A stretch of 64,000 nucleotides of DNA. It comes from Fimbriosthenelais zetlandica. Lineage: Eukaryota. The first letter of the stretch is position 1; each line of letters opens with the position of its first letter. Below the pieces are notes generated by a model. It did not search any database and was not told the origin of the DNA. It saw only the letters and a program-made list of their open reading frames with translations. Made by a program: the position numbers and the translations under genes. The stretch spans positions 20,770,001-20,834,000 of the forward strand of contig OZ365118.1 of the NCBI GenBank assembly GCA_977030845.1, read 5' to 3'. Positions 1 through 12,300 of the stretch are shown here, one piece after another.

Positions 1-836
1 ACTAGGGGGCATTCCTGACTGTATAATTCAGCCTGTTTGACTCTGTCCACTAGAGCCAGTTCATACATGACAATGGCTTCTACTATTATACCAAAACCTG
101 AGGCTAGGCCTAATGACGATGGATATATTTCTGGAGAGAAAACAAATGTGGGAAGAAGGGGGAATGAAGAAATAATTGAAAGAAGGGGGAGTTCGGAGCT
201 GGTCCTATAGCCTATATAAAAAAAAAGTTCATTTGAGAATAGCAACCAACGTCCTCCTCCACATCCTGATATAGCCCTGGTTTGCAGTCATGTTAGACTG
301 AAACCGAAAGTAAGGATGTTATTTGGCCCATTTTAATAGTAAAAGTAAAACAGTGGAAACGTTTAACTATAAACATTACGTTGGCCTGTCTATGTACTGA
401 ACCACCTTATCAGTATAGTACTATATATGGGGTCTATTATCAGTTGTCAGACGGTCGCCGGCAAACTTAGTCTAACTCACCATACTAGAGACAGACACAC
501 AGACATATAGACGCATTCTCTCCACCTCCCCCCATTACACATCATTAAAGGTACGTACAGGCCAGCGGCAAACAGTTCCCAGGCTTATAAATAACACTTC
601 AACTGACACTGGCGACTTTAGTTCCGAGCTAAGTAACTCCTTCAAAGCCCAAGAATATAGATTAACTTCAAATGGTTTTCAATATCATTTTAGGCCTAAT
701 ATTTCTGAGTGGATTACAGAGAGGCTGTACTGACTCCTTGTTACCTTCTTCAGTCCAACACTGTCCCATTTATAAATATAAACTGATTAATCTTATTTGT
801 AAATAAATTTCATTTAATTGGACATGATTATTTTAG

Positions 837-986
837 ATGAAGTTGTGGATGACTCTCCTGCTTTTGGTGCTGGTCTCTCTCACGGAGAGGTCATGGGCAG
901 CGTCATCAGATACAGAGAGGGCCCAGGCTGACGGACGAGTATTAGTCAAAGAGAATGCAGAGACACCAATGGGCACATTCTACCAG
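837..986 (+). CDS. Olfactomedin gene coding exon 1 (signal peptide, 50 codons)
   Basis: ttttag|ATG...TACCAG|gttaag; hydrophobic N-terminus; not in the ORF track. Confidence 0.85.
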
Positions 987-3325
987 GTTAAGTCTCTCTC
1001 ATTTAAAATATAGAAAATTCAGATGAACACGATTAGGGGTAACGCAAAACCGTACTAATCACAAATTAATTTAGAAAGATTTTATAAAGATACATAGAGG
1101 GTTTTTTAGTATTTGTTTTGTCTTTTTTTGTTGTAAAATTGAGATTTGTTATTTTAGTCATCAGGAGAGGAGCATAATGGTGTGTGTCAGTGTACCATCA
1201 CCACCTCCTGGTCTGAACTGGAGGAATATAACCAGCTCCAGAACGTCAAGTCCAGGCTGGCAAAGGTAAGGAGGAGCCACTTGATTCTAGCAAAATTATA
1301 CTCTATACTTCTGTGGATTTAATGTGCTGATGGTAGGATTTAATGATATATGATAGTTAGTATCGTAAAAAAAAATTGCTGACAACACTTCAGTTTATCA
1401 GTTTTATATCACATTGTATGGTAGTCATTCATATTTGAACCTTGCCCACATATGAAACTGATAAAGTTAAAATCTCGTCTCTTTTCTTATCACACTGGGA
1501 ATAGCATTTCAAAAGTTTTTGTCAAGGCAACCGGAAATCATTGAATCATATGATACCAAAAATGACAAGGCGCAGTATACGGAAGCAGAGGTCTATCTAC
1601 AAGTGATATAAACAAACAGATATATAAGTTACTGATAAATATGTAGGCACTCGGTATGGGAACTTTAAAGAAAGGTGATAGCAAATATAGTGCAAAATGC
1701 ATCGTCAACAGATTATGGGCAAACTTATCCATGCTGATGATAACTAACAACCGAATGATTTTTAATTCAGTGAAACTGCTATGTTCATGTATAGAAGCTA
1801 GTTAAGCGGTGTTACACTATAATTCATCAGGTCTCAATACTCTCATATTGAAGGCGATGAAGCTACAGGATCAGATGGCCTACCCCCTAATGAAAGGAGA
1901 AATAGAAACAATCCAAGAACGACTTGAGGTTCTCGAGGCTCACATCAACAATCAATCTGTGGCCACCTCTGTCACCGAACTGTTCAGTAAGTAGTATATC
2001 GGCAGTTCAATTCACCAACAGCATGTTTCCTCCAGGTCACAACATAACCCTGATGTATAATTTTTGTTCAGGGTTGCAGAAGCAAGTGAAAGCCTTGGTG
2101 AAGGTGGTTAATTCGGCGAATGAGAACACCACAGCTGGTGCCCTGAGAGACCAGATTGAGACGGACCTCGCGAAAATCAAGAAATTTGCTGAGAAGGCCT
2201 GGGACCGCAATCCTTTCACACAGCGCAACTTCTTCCAGGAACAGGTGAACTATTAACTAACAAATATCATAGATGAACACCAGAAATAACTATCTCAGAT
2301 GTATTGTTGGATTTGACAATGTTCTCATGTTTCCCTTTGGCAGTTGACCATACTGAGAGAGCGAATCTTTGAGGGCCACACAGAGGAAAAAGGGACACCA
2401 TTCCAAGGAGACTTGCTACCTCTTGAGCTCTCAGCCTCCAAAGGTAAATTAATTAAAGCAAAAATTCATGCCATGATCAAGTACTGTAAAGTTTCCTCAA
2501 GACAATACATAACCATCTAACCTAAACCTTATTTTGCTATTCAAAGGTTGGTGCGATAATGGCGAGGTCACATTTGGTCGGCCTTACACACACAAATACA
2601 TCCCCCAGGTACGCATCAATCGTTATAACAGCCAAACCAGAGCCGCAAATGGCGACTGGCACAAGGACATTCAACCACTAACCGAAGCAGATAGATCCAG
2701 AATCTGTTACTCCTACATTTCCAGCCAGTCACAGATGAAAGTTAAATGTTACTCAAACTACACGAGGTTCGTGGCGGGTCGAGCTGAAGGCAGTGAACAT
2801 ACCCTGGAGCGGAGAGAGCCTGGATTCCTCCTGTACCAGGGTTACTTCATCTACATCACCTCCAGCAATGTCCTCACCAGGCTGAGCCCGGTCAACAACA
2901 TCAGGATGTCCATCCCGCTCGGACTGTCCGGCAGTAGATTTAACATCACCGCGGATGAGAACAACCTGTGGGTCGTCTACAACTCACGGGAGAAGATCGC
3001 CATTGCTGAGATTAATCCCAAGACCTTTACTACCGGACAGACATGGGAGACGGGGAGGAGCTGGCGAGGTGTGTGTGCTTACTTTATGATGTGTGGTAAG
3101 CTGTATACACTGAGTGACTGTAAGGGTTACAGTGACGGGCGAGTTACAGCTAACTACGTCTACAATACGGCCACGTCCACGGGTCACAGTGTGGACTATC
3201 ACATACCCAGCCTTTACCGCGGTCTCAGGAACCTGGCCTTCAACAGCCGGGAGAGGCTGGTGTTTGGTTGGGATGAGGGTCACATGGTCACCTACCCTGT
3301 CATATGGTCTAATTCCCTGTCTTAA
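837..3325 (+). CDS. Secreted olfactomedin-domain protein (noelin/OLFM-like architecture), complete, 6 coding exons, 480 aa
   Basis: join(837..986,1158..1265,1854..1986,2072..2244,2344..2443,2547..3325)=1443 nt, all GT-AG, one open frame. Signal peptide MKLWMTLLLLVLVSLTERSWA; CxC motif (GVCQCTI); heptad-like helical region; C-terminal OLF motifs GDWHKD, ADENNLWVVY, TWET, FMMCGKLY, FNSRERLVFGWDEGHMVTY. ATG directly follows a TTTTAG acceptor, implying a 5'UTR exon (candidate donor AAG|GTACGT at 550/551). Confidence 0.9.
1158..1265 (+). CDS. Olfactomedin gene coding exon 2 (SSGEEHNGVCQCTITT...RLAK)
   Basis: attttag| ... AAG|gtaagg; 108 nt, phase 0-0; CxC motif typical of olfactomedin N-termini. 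Confidence 0.85.
1854..1986 (+). CDS. Olfactomedin gene coding exon 3
   Basis: Within ORF 1809..1994; only the acceptor ending at 1853 keeps frame with exon 2; donor TTCA|gtaagt. Confidence 0.7.
2072..2244 (+). CDS. Olfactomedin gene coding exon 4
   Basis: tttttgttcag| ... CAG|gtgaac; phase 1-0; within ORF 1924..2256. Confidence 0.85.
2344..2443 (+). CDS. Olfactomedin gene coding exon 5
   Basis: ttccctttggcag| LTILRERIFEG...LSASK G|gtaaat; phase 0-1. Confidence 0.8.
2547..3325 (+). CDS. Olfactomedin gene coding exon 6 (entire OLF beta-propeller domain, stop)
   Basis: Within ORF 2534..3325; acceptor tattcaaag; OLF motifs as above. Confidence 0.92.
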
Positions 3326-6300
3326 TGTTCAGGCTCTCATCTAAATCCATGGATGAGGATCGAGATTTTCATTTAAACCTTAGAGTAACCTTACTCTAAG
3401 TTTAAACCCTATAATTGCCTGAGGTCTCACCAAAGCTTGCTTCTGAGTACATGTATTGCCTTTCCCCCCATCGATTTGGGTTTTTTAACACTGCCTTTTT
3501 TAGTGTAATAGGATAGAATCACTTCTTGTTCAGCTATTTGAGAGTAATCATTCTGAAAATATTAAAATATTGCAAAACGAATCTTGCCTTATAAAGCTGT
3601 TTGCCATGCATTGTTTATTCAGTGTTTTGTTGGTTATTGTATGGAGGGTTTGTCGTGAGTAGCTCGTGAGTAGCTGGCGGGGTGAAGGTTCAGTTTTGTG
3701 GGGTGAAGGTTCATGTAATATTTATCAGGCCTGCTGTAACTGCCGCTACTCACCCGTACATTCACGCCTCATATGGCGAGCTAAGCCAGTAAAGCCTACA
3801 CATCCACGTCAAGTGACAGATCGCCTCCCCCACCTACCCCCCCCCCCCCCCCCCCCACCACCTCACCTCCACCTAGCCTTTTAACCCTCGTCAGCATGGA
3901 ACGTTCCTCCAGGGTGGTCAGCATCGGTTACACAGGACTGACAACAATCAGCTAAGGCTGGGCTAACCTCGGACCATTTTTCTACTTCAGAAATCAAAAT
4001 TAATTTCCCTTGTCAGAGACCTAATTTAATTTTTTTTAAAGGTGTAAAAATATTACTGGAGGCCAAAGGCAATTTGAGCCTGAAAACACCCTACTAAATA
4101 TTCTATTAGTGTACGGAGGGCAAAAGAACGTGACGTGGGTGTGAAGATATTGACAATATCCTTCAAATACAATATCTTCATTAGAATTCAGTCAGGTCTT
4201 TACTGACTCCATGTCTTACTGTACAGGAAGATTGACTACATGTTTATTACCCAATGTTTACAGGTCTGTTTATGTGACAAGAATCCATGTAAGCTTTAGC
4301 TAAGATAACCCCAGAAAAACACGGAGATAACCCGCTAACAACATATCCATAACAACCATATCACCACCATGACAACAAGCCTAGCCTCCTCACCATGACA
4401 GCCCTATACCTGCCTGCTCCAATAGCAAACAGTAGGGGTGATACGGTTGCTATGGTAACTGGTAGGGGGTAGGGTGTCCAGATAAGAGGCAAGACATCCG
4501 GGGAATCTGCTGGTGGTATAATACAGATCAGGTTACCATGGAAACAGGTGTGTATTTACGTTACCTAGCAACAAGGTGTGTCTCGGGGCCGAAAACAACT
4601 GCAATTTTCATGATTTTTATTTTAGGGATCGTACAGGCCCATTGGGTGCCGATCCATTGAAGAAAAATATTATTAATGTTCATATGAATGCTGAAAAACC
4701 CCCGATAATATTATAATAAAATATGTATAGGCTTGATAGGCCCCGGCCGACACGGCTGCCCATATCTCTCATAGTGAACACACGCTCCAGCTATTGACCA
4801 CTTGGTGCAGGCCGGACGGTGGTCAAGCTTGAGGTGTTGGTCACTTGCTTCAATGGTTAAACAGTGGTCAGCCACTGAGCAATCATTCACTGGAGGTTAA
4901 AGCCAATGGCCTGAGGTGGTGCTCACTTTATATGGTGGATATAGTGGTGTTATATGGACGCCAATCGATGATCACTTATATAGAAAATACCCAGACCTTC
5001 AATAAATGAGTAGTTGTCCCGACTAAATCTAGATGGCAGGGTTGAGAAAAAGACTCAAATACAGCAAGTGTACTTTCAATGTACTTTCGAGGTAATAATA
5101 TTCACCAAGAATAAAGGAATTTTGTGAGTCAAATGAAAAATGTATTAAAATTTAATATTAGGATAAAAAGCAAGCAGGCCTATGAGAGTCTGTACCGGAC
5201 CATAGAACTGCTTCCATTGGAGCCACTTATCAAGGAAGCTCCCTATACTTGTATTACAAGAGCTGCTACTATTACAGACGCTGGAGTGAGGAGAATGTGT
5301 GTGGAGGTGTGTAGGGAGGGTGTATGTAGATCCATGGATGTCAGGATGAATACCGTGACAGATAGACGCCATTCATTTCAATATTAACTCCACCTCCTCA
5401 ATAATACAGTGTCAAACGAGACATGACGGCAAACAAGACGATGATTAAACACCGTTCAAAAAGTAGTGATGAATAAGAAATGAGGATCGTATGATCAATG
5501 GGACATAAATAAATTTAGTACAACGGACTTGGGGAAGAATTAGCAATTTAGATTTTAGATGAGGGGTGGTGTAGTCTAACACATGCACTCTCTCCAGTCA
5601 CTCATCTCTCCATAAAGTCACTATCTCATCTAAATACCCTGTGTATATCCAAGAGTTGACCCCCCTTCTGATATCAAAATTTCTGACCCAAAAAACTGCT
5701 AATTGAATAGTGAGTTACTCTATCCAGCTGGTAGAGGGCAGCATGGTAGGTGGTTGCTCATGCTATCCCACAATACAGCGGTGTTTATTTAGAGAGAGAG
5801 GAATGTTTGTTTAGACAAGGTATACGAGCCCACGTATCACTGACACGACATGCCACAGACACCAGTAACGTGGCTACGGCACCATGCCTGAGGCGACTTG
5901 TACTTCACACGGCATGACAACAGGTACCCTCCCCCCCCCCCCCCCCCACCCACCCACCCCTCCCGACACCCGAATACCTTCATAGTCAAACGTGCATAGC
6001 TCCATGTTATCTTTCAATGACACTAGAAATAGTCCATAAATATTTTTTTTCCAAAAAATGTACTCTCATGTTACAAAAGATAAACTTTAAATATGATATG
6101 TGAGAAGTAATTATCTCGAGTCTATGATATATTGAGTTTACTTATATTCAATATTTTCACCTGCTCCAACCAAATAATTCTTATAAATTTGACACCTTCC
6201 CTAAGAACATGAGTATACAGTATTGGAGATTCGCATCCTCTATCCATATGGATACACCCATAGGAATATCCGACGCGATAAAAATACTACTGTCAAAATA

Positions 6301-9300
6301 TTTTCTTATCCACCAAAGGCCTGGGACTGAATCTCGTATATATAGGGATAGACATTTTAACTGACAGTCTGTCCTTTGGTGCGTCACTTTAAAAAAACTA
6401 TCATCAGAACAGTAAGCTCTGTGGAACCAACAGAACTATAGTATTCCCTGCTACTGTACACTAAAGATGCTGCCAGAAATATTCACTTTTTTTCCGCTAA
6501 TGGAATCACCGGCCAGAGTAGGAATTAAGAGAGCGAGAGAATGGAGTCTACATTGACGCTATCACCACTCATCTACAGTGGTAATTACGTCACAATTTGA
6601 TCAACTAATAGTCGTCCAACTTAATGACTACTTGTTACATTGGTCGTCCCATCATGGGCAGCCCCAGCTCCCAGCGCCTGCCCTTCCCACGAGTTCGCTT
6701 AGCACCCCTTCCCCTAATTAAACTTCATTTGCTATGCAAACCACCATTTTGTTTAAACATTCATCCGTCGACGCCACAATCCCATTGGACCTTCAGTAAA
6801 TGGAGGGATGTACATTTTATCTCTGGGCTCCAGTGCAGCGTGCTTGATCGGACTGGGGAAGTAATTTATGGGATCTTACCAAGCCATAAATTCCACTTTT
6901 TTTAGGAGGGCGATGGAATATGAAGGCAAACAACATAGATATAATAGTGATGTACAAGACTGGAGGCAGGTTTATGTAGATACTAGTGGAAGCTAGCATA
7001 CAATAGTCACTACTAAATCACTGATCTACCCTCAATTAGTTAACCATTAAACTGAATGCATTTAATAATGCAATGTATTTAGATTGCCATACTATTGCCG
7101 TATGTTTTAAAATGAATTAATGTTAAAATTTCGATTAGAAATCGCAGGATTTCATTGGGAGAAGAATGAATGGAAATTCCATGAGTGTTTTATATAATAG
7201 CCGGTTGGTAGGGTGATTGCTTAGTTTGGTGCGTCCCAGGCTTAATTGTGTGAGTGCCTGAGTATATTCCCTTTCAGCCATAGTTCATATACTACTTACA
7301 GAGGCACAGAGCCATATTGTCAATACAAAGTCCACGGCAGATCACAGCACTGCATGAACCCCCGACTATTGTACCCGGGGTGTATGTAAATTATTGGAGA
7401 AGCATTTTTTTGTTCAAATAATGAGCCCATTTAGTCATCCATTATATATAGGTATAGTCCCCCACCCCCCCCCCTAGCCCCTGCTACACCCCCATCCATC
7501 CAGCCATCAGCCGCGATGGGAACACTGCATGATCACAGGGGAGTGTTGTAACAAGTCTATGATCAAAGTGGGTTCCAATTTATACAGCCCCACATGGATC
7601 AAATCAGGCTCCAGACCGGAGTAATCACCTCTCATAAAACTCACTTAAAATAATTACAGTATAGCAATAATACCCCTAAACCCCAATATTTGGGTGGGGT
7701 TGATCTTTTTTTAATTCACAGACCAATAATCAGATTTTAACTATCGGAAATTTACTCAGAAACAGAAGATTTTCTTGGCCTAATCTTTCAAGCCCGTGCA
7801 CCACTTTGTAAATCCACCATAACTCAAGCTCTGTGATTTCCCACCTTTACCCATCCACCCACTCACTCACACATACCTCCACACACCCGTTATATACCAC
7901 CAGCTCCTCCACCTCATCCAGGTGTTTTCTCACCTGGAGCAGTATGGGGGTGTATATATATAAATTGTATCACCTGTGGTGGAGTGGTGGAGGCAGGTGT
8001 ACAGGTCACCTCTAGATTATCACAGATCAGCTCAGGAGTGGTAGCTTATAATCCAGATAAAATATCTACACATCTTCCCATCTTCTAAAGTGTATAAATC
8101 TTGTCCAAATACGAATTTTAAGCAATAATACGAGCTCAGTTTTGGAGCTAAGCTTAGGCTTAATTCTGCCAAGCCATATAGTATTACAAAATATAATAGA
8201 AAATACAAAAGTTTCAATTTCCAATGTATACTGATGCCAGAAATTACACCTCTTTAGGGGGCAAATAGCCAGCATAGATTTTTGGGGGGAGTGTTATAAA
8301 ATCACCAAGAAAAATACAATGGCCCATCATCTCTTCTGCTAAAAAAAATCCATGTTACTGATAGAGAATAGGGGGACTTCATAGCTGCAAAACAGGTTAT
8401 TACATGGTTCGCTAAGCTGTCACTAGGTGGATGAACAGCAGCCCCGCAGTGAATAGCAGGACCGCAGACAAGAAGAGTCCCAGGTGAAATACAGGCCCGC
8501 ACTTAACATGGCCTGGCCCTGGATAAATCATAGCCAGGTCGTTAAAAGATGATTCTGTTATATTGACAAAATCAGGCATTTGGGACTTGGTCCATAGGAA
8601 CATGAAATTAACATATTACTAGAGGAGAAAGAGATACAGATAGAGAGTGGGGATAGAGGGATGAGGGAGGAAAATAGAGAGCAAGGTCCAAGGGGGAGGA
8701 GAGAGGGAGATACAGGTGGTGCGATAGGCAGGAGGAAGAGAGAAACGAGAAGAAGAAAGTGCCTGTAGACATATTATGGAAAATAATTAGGAAAAATTAG
8801 GAGAAACCAAAGGGACGAGAGCAGAGATAAGTGAGGGAACATATGCATGGTGGTGGTTGGGAGTAAGGAAGATGACAGATGCATGCTTGATATTATAAAC
8901 CTGGATAACATCAAGGCAGCACGTGATAGATCACGTGAGAAATCAGCAATATGACAGCTTCTAAATCCGATTATCCAATGAGCGGAGGGCGTGGTGATTG
9001 AGTGGGCCGGTAACGACAGGAACTACTTTCTCTCGCACTATTTTTCCTCCTATCTCTCCATCGAACTACTTTCATTGGAACTATTTTTCCTCAATCAATT
9101 CCCTGATCATATTGATAAAGCCTTATATTTGACACATAAAGATTCATCGAGTCAGGGTCACTATTCCCCAAGAGAATTATTATTTACATGTTATATATTC
9201 AGTCTGAAAGTAATTTGCACAGAATGTTTATAATATTCAGTTACAGATATGTAAGGTACTTTATCATTACATCATGAATGTTGATGTGAATCCAGAACAC

Positions 9301-12300
9301 CTGGAGATACATGCCCTATACGTGCCACGAATACTCAACATCGCAACAACTTCCTATTGAAATGATGGATCGGGGAAACTGTCCAGTGAAATATGTATCT
9401 TTGACTAATTTCACTGGGTGATTTACAGACCTCGTGGCGCACGGGGTGGAGTCTAATCGCCTCACGCCCTCTGGCAGTCATTTCAAGACTGGCTATTTCA
9501 AGTAACAAGACACTGTATTCACTTTATCTTACGTCCTTTGGACATGGAAGGCTGGTATTAAAAAGAGTCATTAAGTCACTAATTGTTCACTTTAAAATAA
9601 ATGTGATACGGCCAGATGAGCATGGACGGCAGATTGTATGTGATTTATGGTGGATGCACAATGCCAGCCACCTACTTGGTTGTACATATTTCACATACTT
9701 GAGGCTAAAAAAATTGATTTTGGGGTATCAAATTGACTATTCCAAACCTAGATTAATTTCTGCCAAAGACTTCTCTGAGTTTGAGATGGTTCTTGGTTAG
9801 CTAGAGAAGTCTAAAGACAAGCTCAAGGCTAAGGTCAAATGGCAGCAGCAAAAGATCTGCCTATGTGGTAATAAATTGGTTGGAGATTCCCCTACTTAGT
9901 ACGTAGGTACAGTATGTAGTGCCTCATAAAGGCATAAAGCCGGGATATGGGGGCAGGTTATGGGATATGAGAGGCGGGAGAGCCTGAGCTGCCTCCTGAC
10001 ATATCACCATCAACACTCACTGACCAGCTATCCATGCCATGTGTACATGATCTATATTAGTACGAGACTATCGCCTTGTCTGGCGAGACAGAACGAGGCT
10101 CTCGTCATGATGACAAAGACTCCTCAAGGGTCACAGAAGTGTAACATATTATATCCTAGGAAGTTTTTTAGATCAATTTTGGAGGAGGAAGGCAAGAAGG
10201 AATAGAAAAACAGTACACTGTGCCTGATCGGGAGCAAACAGCCATCAGGTTTCCCCAATTAAATTTCCTTTTCTAATTAATTTTTCTTACCAAATCTCAT
10301 TTCAAAACGCCCCCAGATTTCATAACTCACCCCACGTTCACCATCACAGAACCATCAGGCTTACCTGCAAGACACAAAAAGAAACAATAATAAATCCCAA
10401 ATTTCCAATTGAAAAAATTGATTTAGAGGTGCAGGAGGAATAAAATTTCACACCCAGTGAGGATTTAACGAAGCTGGGGGTGTGAAGATGGGGATTGGGT
10501 CGGGTGTGATAGAGTGACGGCCGGGTGACATGTGACAGTAGGCGACCAGGCGGCAGTAAGGAGAATGTTTAACCCGCGTGAGATATTTATACAATCAACT
10601 GTGAAGATCCATTCTTTTTGGAGGAGTTTTTTTATGAATAGGAAAGTATTGCATGTTTAACAAGTGTGGAGACACTTTAAGAAATCCACCTCAGGAATCA
10701 TCCATGGATAATAAGATGGAAATGACTGGCTATGAATGGATGAGGAAACGGATGAATGGATGAATGGATAACTGAATGAGTGGATGAATGAACGAATGAA
10801 TATTAATTAATGGACCAGACAATGCCCCCTTGGTCCCCATGATACCATCATTTGCGTTCTAAAATTGCCAAACATTTAAAGAAAAACACACTTTTTCACT
10901 CTAATTCAACCGCAAATTTGACATCAATGGTGGCGCCTGAAACAAAACCTCCAACATGAAAGGTAAGCGAAAAGTGTTTTTTCTCAATAATTAATTCCTA
11001 AAATGGCACAAGCAGCTTTTCATTCACACAGTCTCTCGCGGAAAAAAGCAAGTCAAAGACAAAATCAATGGCAGCTTTTCATATAAACCCACTCAGGCAT
11101 TGGAGGGGAGACAACTCTGCATTGTTTTCATCCACAGAAAACAACAAGCGAGGAGGGGATGGCAAGAACGAGCAAGAATTTCAATACCAGAGCAACAATA
11201 TGGACAGAAAATCCATTTCATTGTTGACGTATTTTCAAGGAATTATGGAAATGCTCATAAATTTAAGCTCTTGCCGATCGAACGTTCGGCTCTATCATCA
11301 AATGTGAGATTTTTAATCATGGAATTATCCGGGATCGCCTTTCTTTAAGATCGCTCTCATTCCAGCGAGGATAATTATTTCCTCGATTGATTTCCCAGCT
11401 CTATGGCCGTCATGGAATAAGGTGTTTTAGTCGGTGAATCAGAAATGTGGCTGAGATATGAGACGAAGGAGTGACTGGGGGGGGGGGGGGGTGGGGGGCT
11501 GGGAATGAACTGATTCTTAGGTACCTATCCAGGTAATTAATAGAGAAAAGGATTACAAAACAAAATAGGTAAACGGCTGGGAATGAAACTGATTCTTGAC
11601 CATCTCTTCAGTCAATAAATAGAGCAAAGGATAGATTAGTAGGCAAAGGATAGATCTGCTGGCTAATACAGATACAGATGTAGGACATAAGGGAATGGGA
11701 TATGAGCAGAAGGGAGCAGAAGGGAAGGGGAGCAGACTGAGGAGGGAGGGGGGTGAATGGGGGTGAGGAGGTAGGGTTATAATGTTAGCTATATGGTTGG
11801 ACACAGGTGGACGGGGGGCTGTTATTTATCAGAGTTAGCGGGTCACTGCCCCCACAACCTCAACCTCCTTAATCCTCCTCACCCAAAGGTTGGGGGGCAG
11901 GGGCAGGGGTGAGGAAATGTGGCGAAAATATCGTATGATAAAAAAAATGGGTAAAGGTGGATGTAGGATAGTGGTGGGTGGGTTATGGGTCATTAATGTG
12001 TTAGATATTTGTCTTAGTGGTCACTGACCCCCCACCCCCCACCCCCCACACTGCCCACCACTCACTCCATCCACACTCTACTCTACCCTACCCCCTTAAA
12101 GGTGACAAATATCAATTAACCCTCACCCAGCCGCTGACAAGTGGCCAGTATTAACCCTTTCATCACCACCAGACCTTGAGTTGATGAAAATCTTCTAAAC
12201 CACAATAGGTTCACTTAGAGAGGCTGGGCGAGGCAATTTAATCAGGCGGAGGTGAGCGATAAAAGGGGTAATATCACCTTTTAACACAGGCTAAAAGCAT

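Noticed and set aside
1831-1853. Alternative upstream acceptor (ttcatcag|) for olfactomedin exon 3
   Set aside because: Gives an immediate in-frame stop after the phase-0 exon 2; no intermediate phase 0-1 exon found.
3666-3884. Poly-Pro ORF (and similar ORFs at 13715-14018, 23570-23837, 26311-27268, 29382-29885, 41646-41967, 46458-46802)
   Set aside because: Translation artefacts of poly-C/G, GA and CCTT repeats; no splice or domain support.
11497-11597. 23-24-nt direct repeat GGCTGGGAATGAA(A)CTGATTCTT about 55 nt apart
   Set aside because: Real but most simply a small local duplication next to a poly-G tract; no element features between copies.
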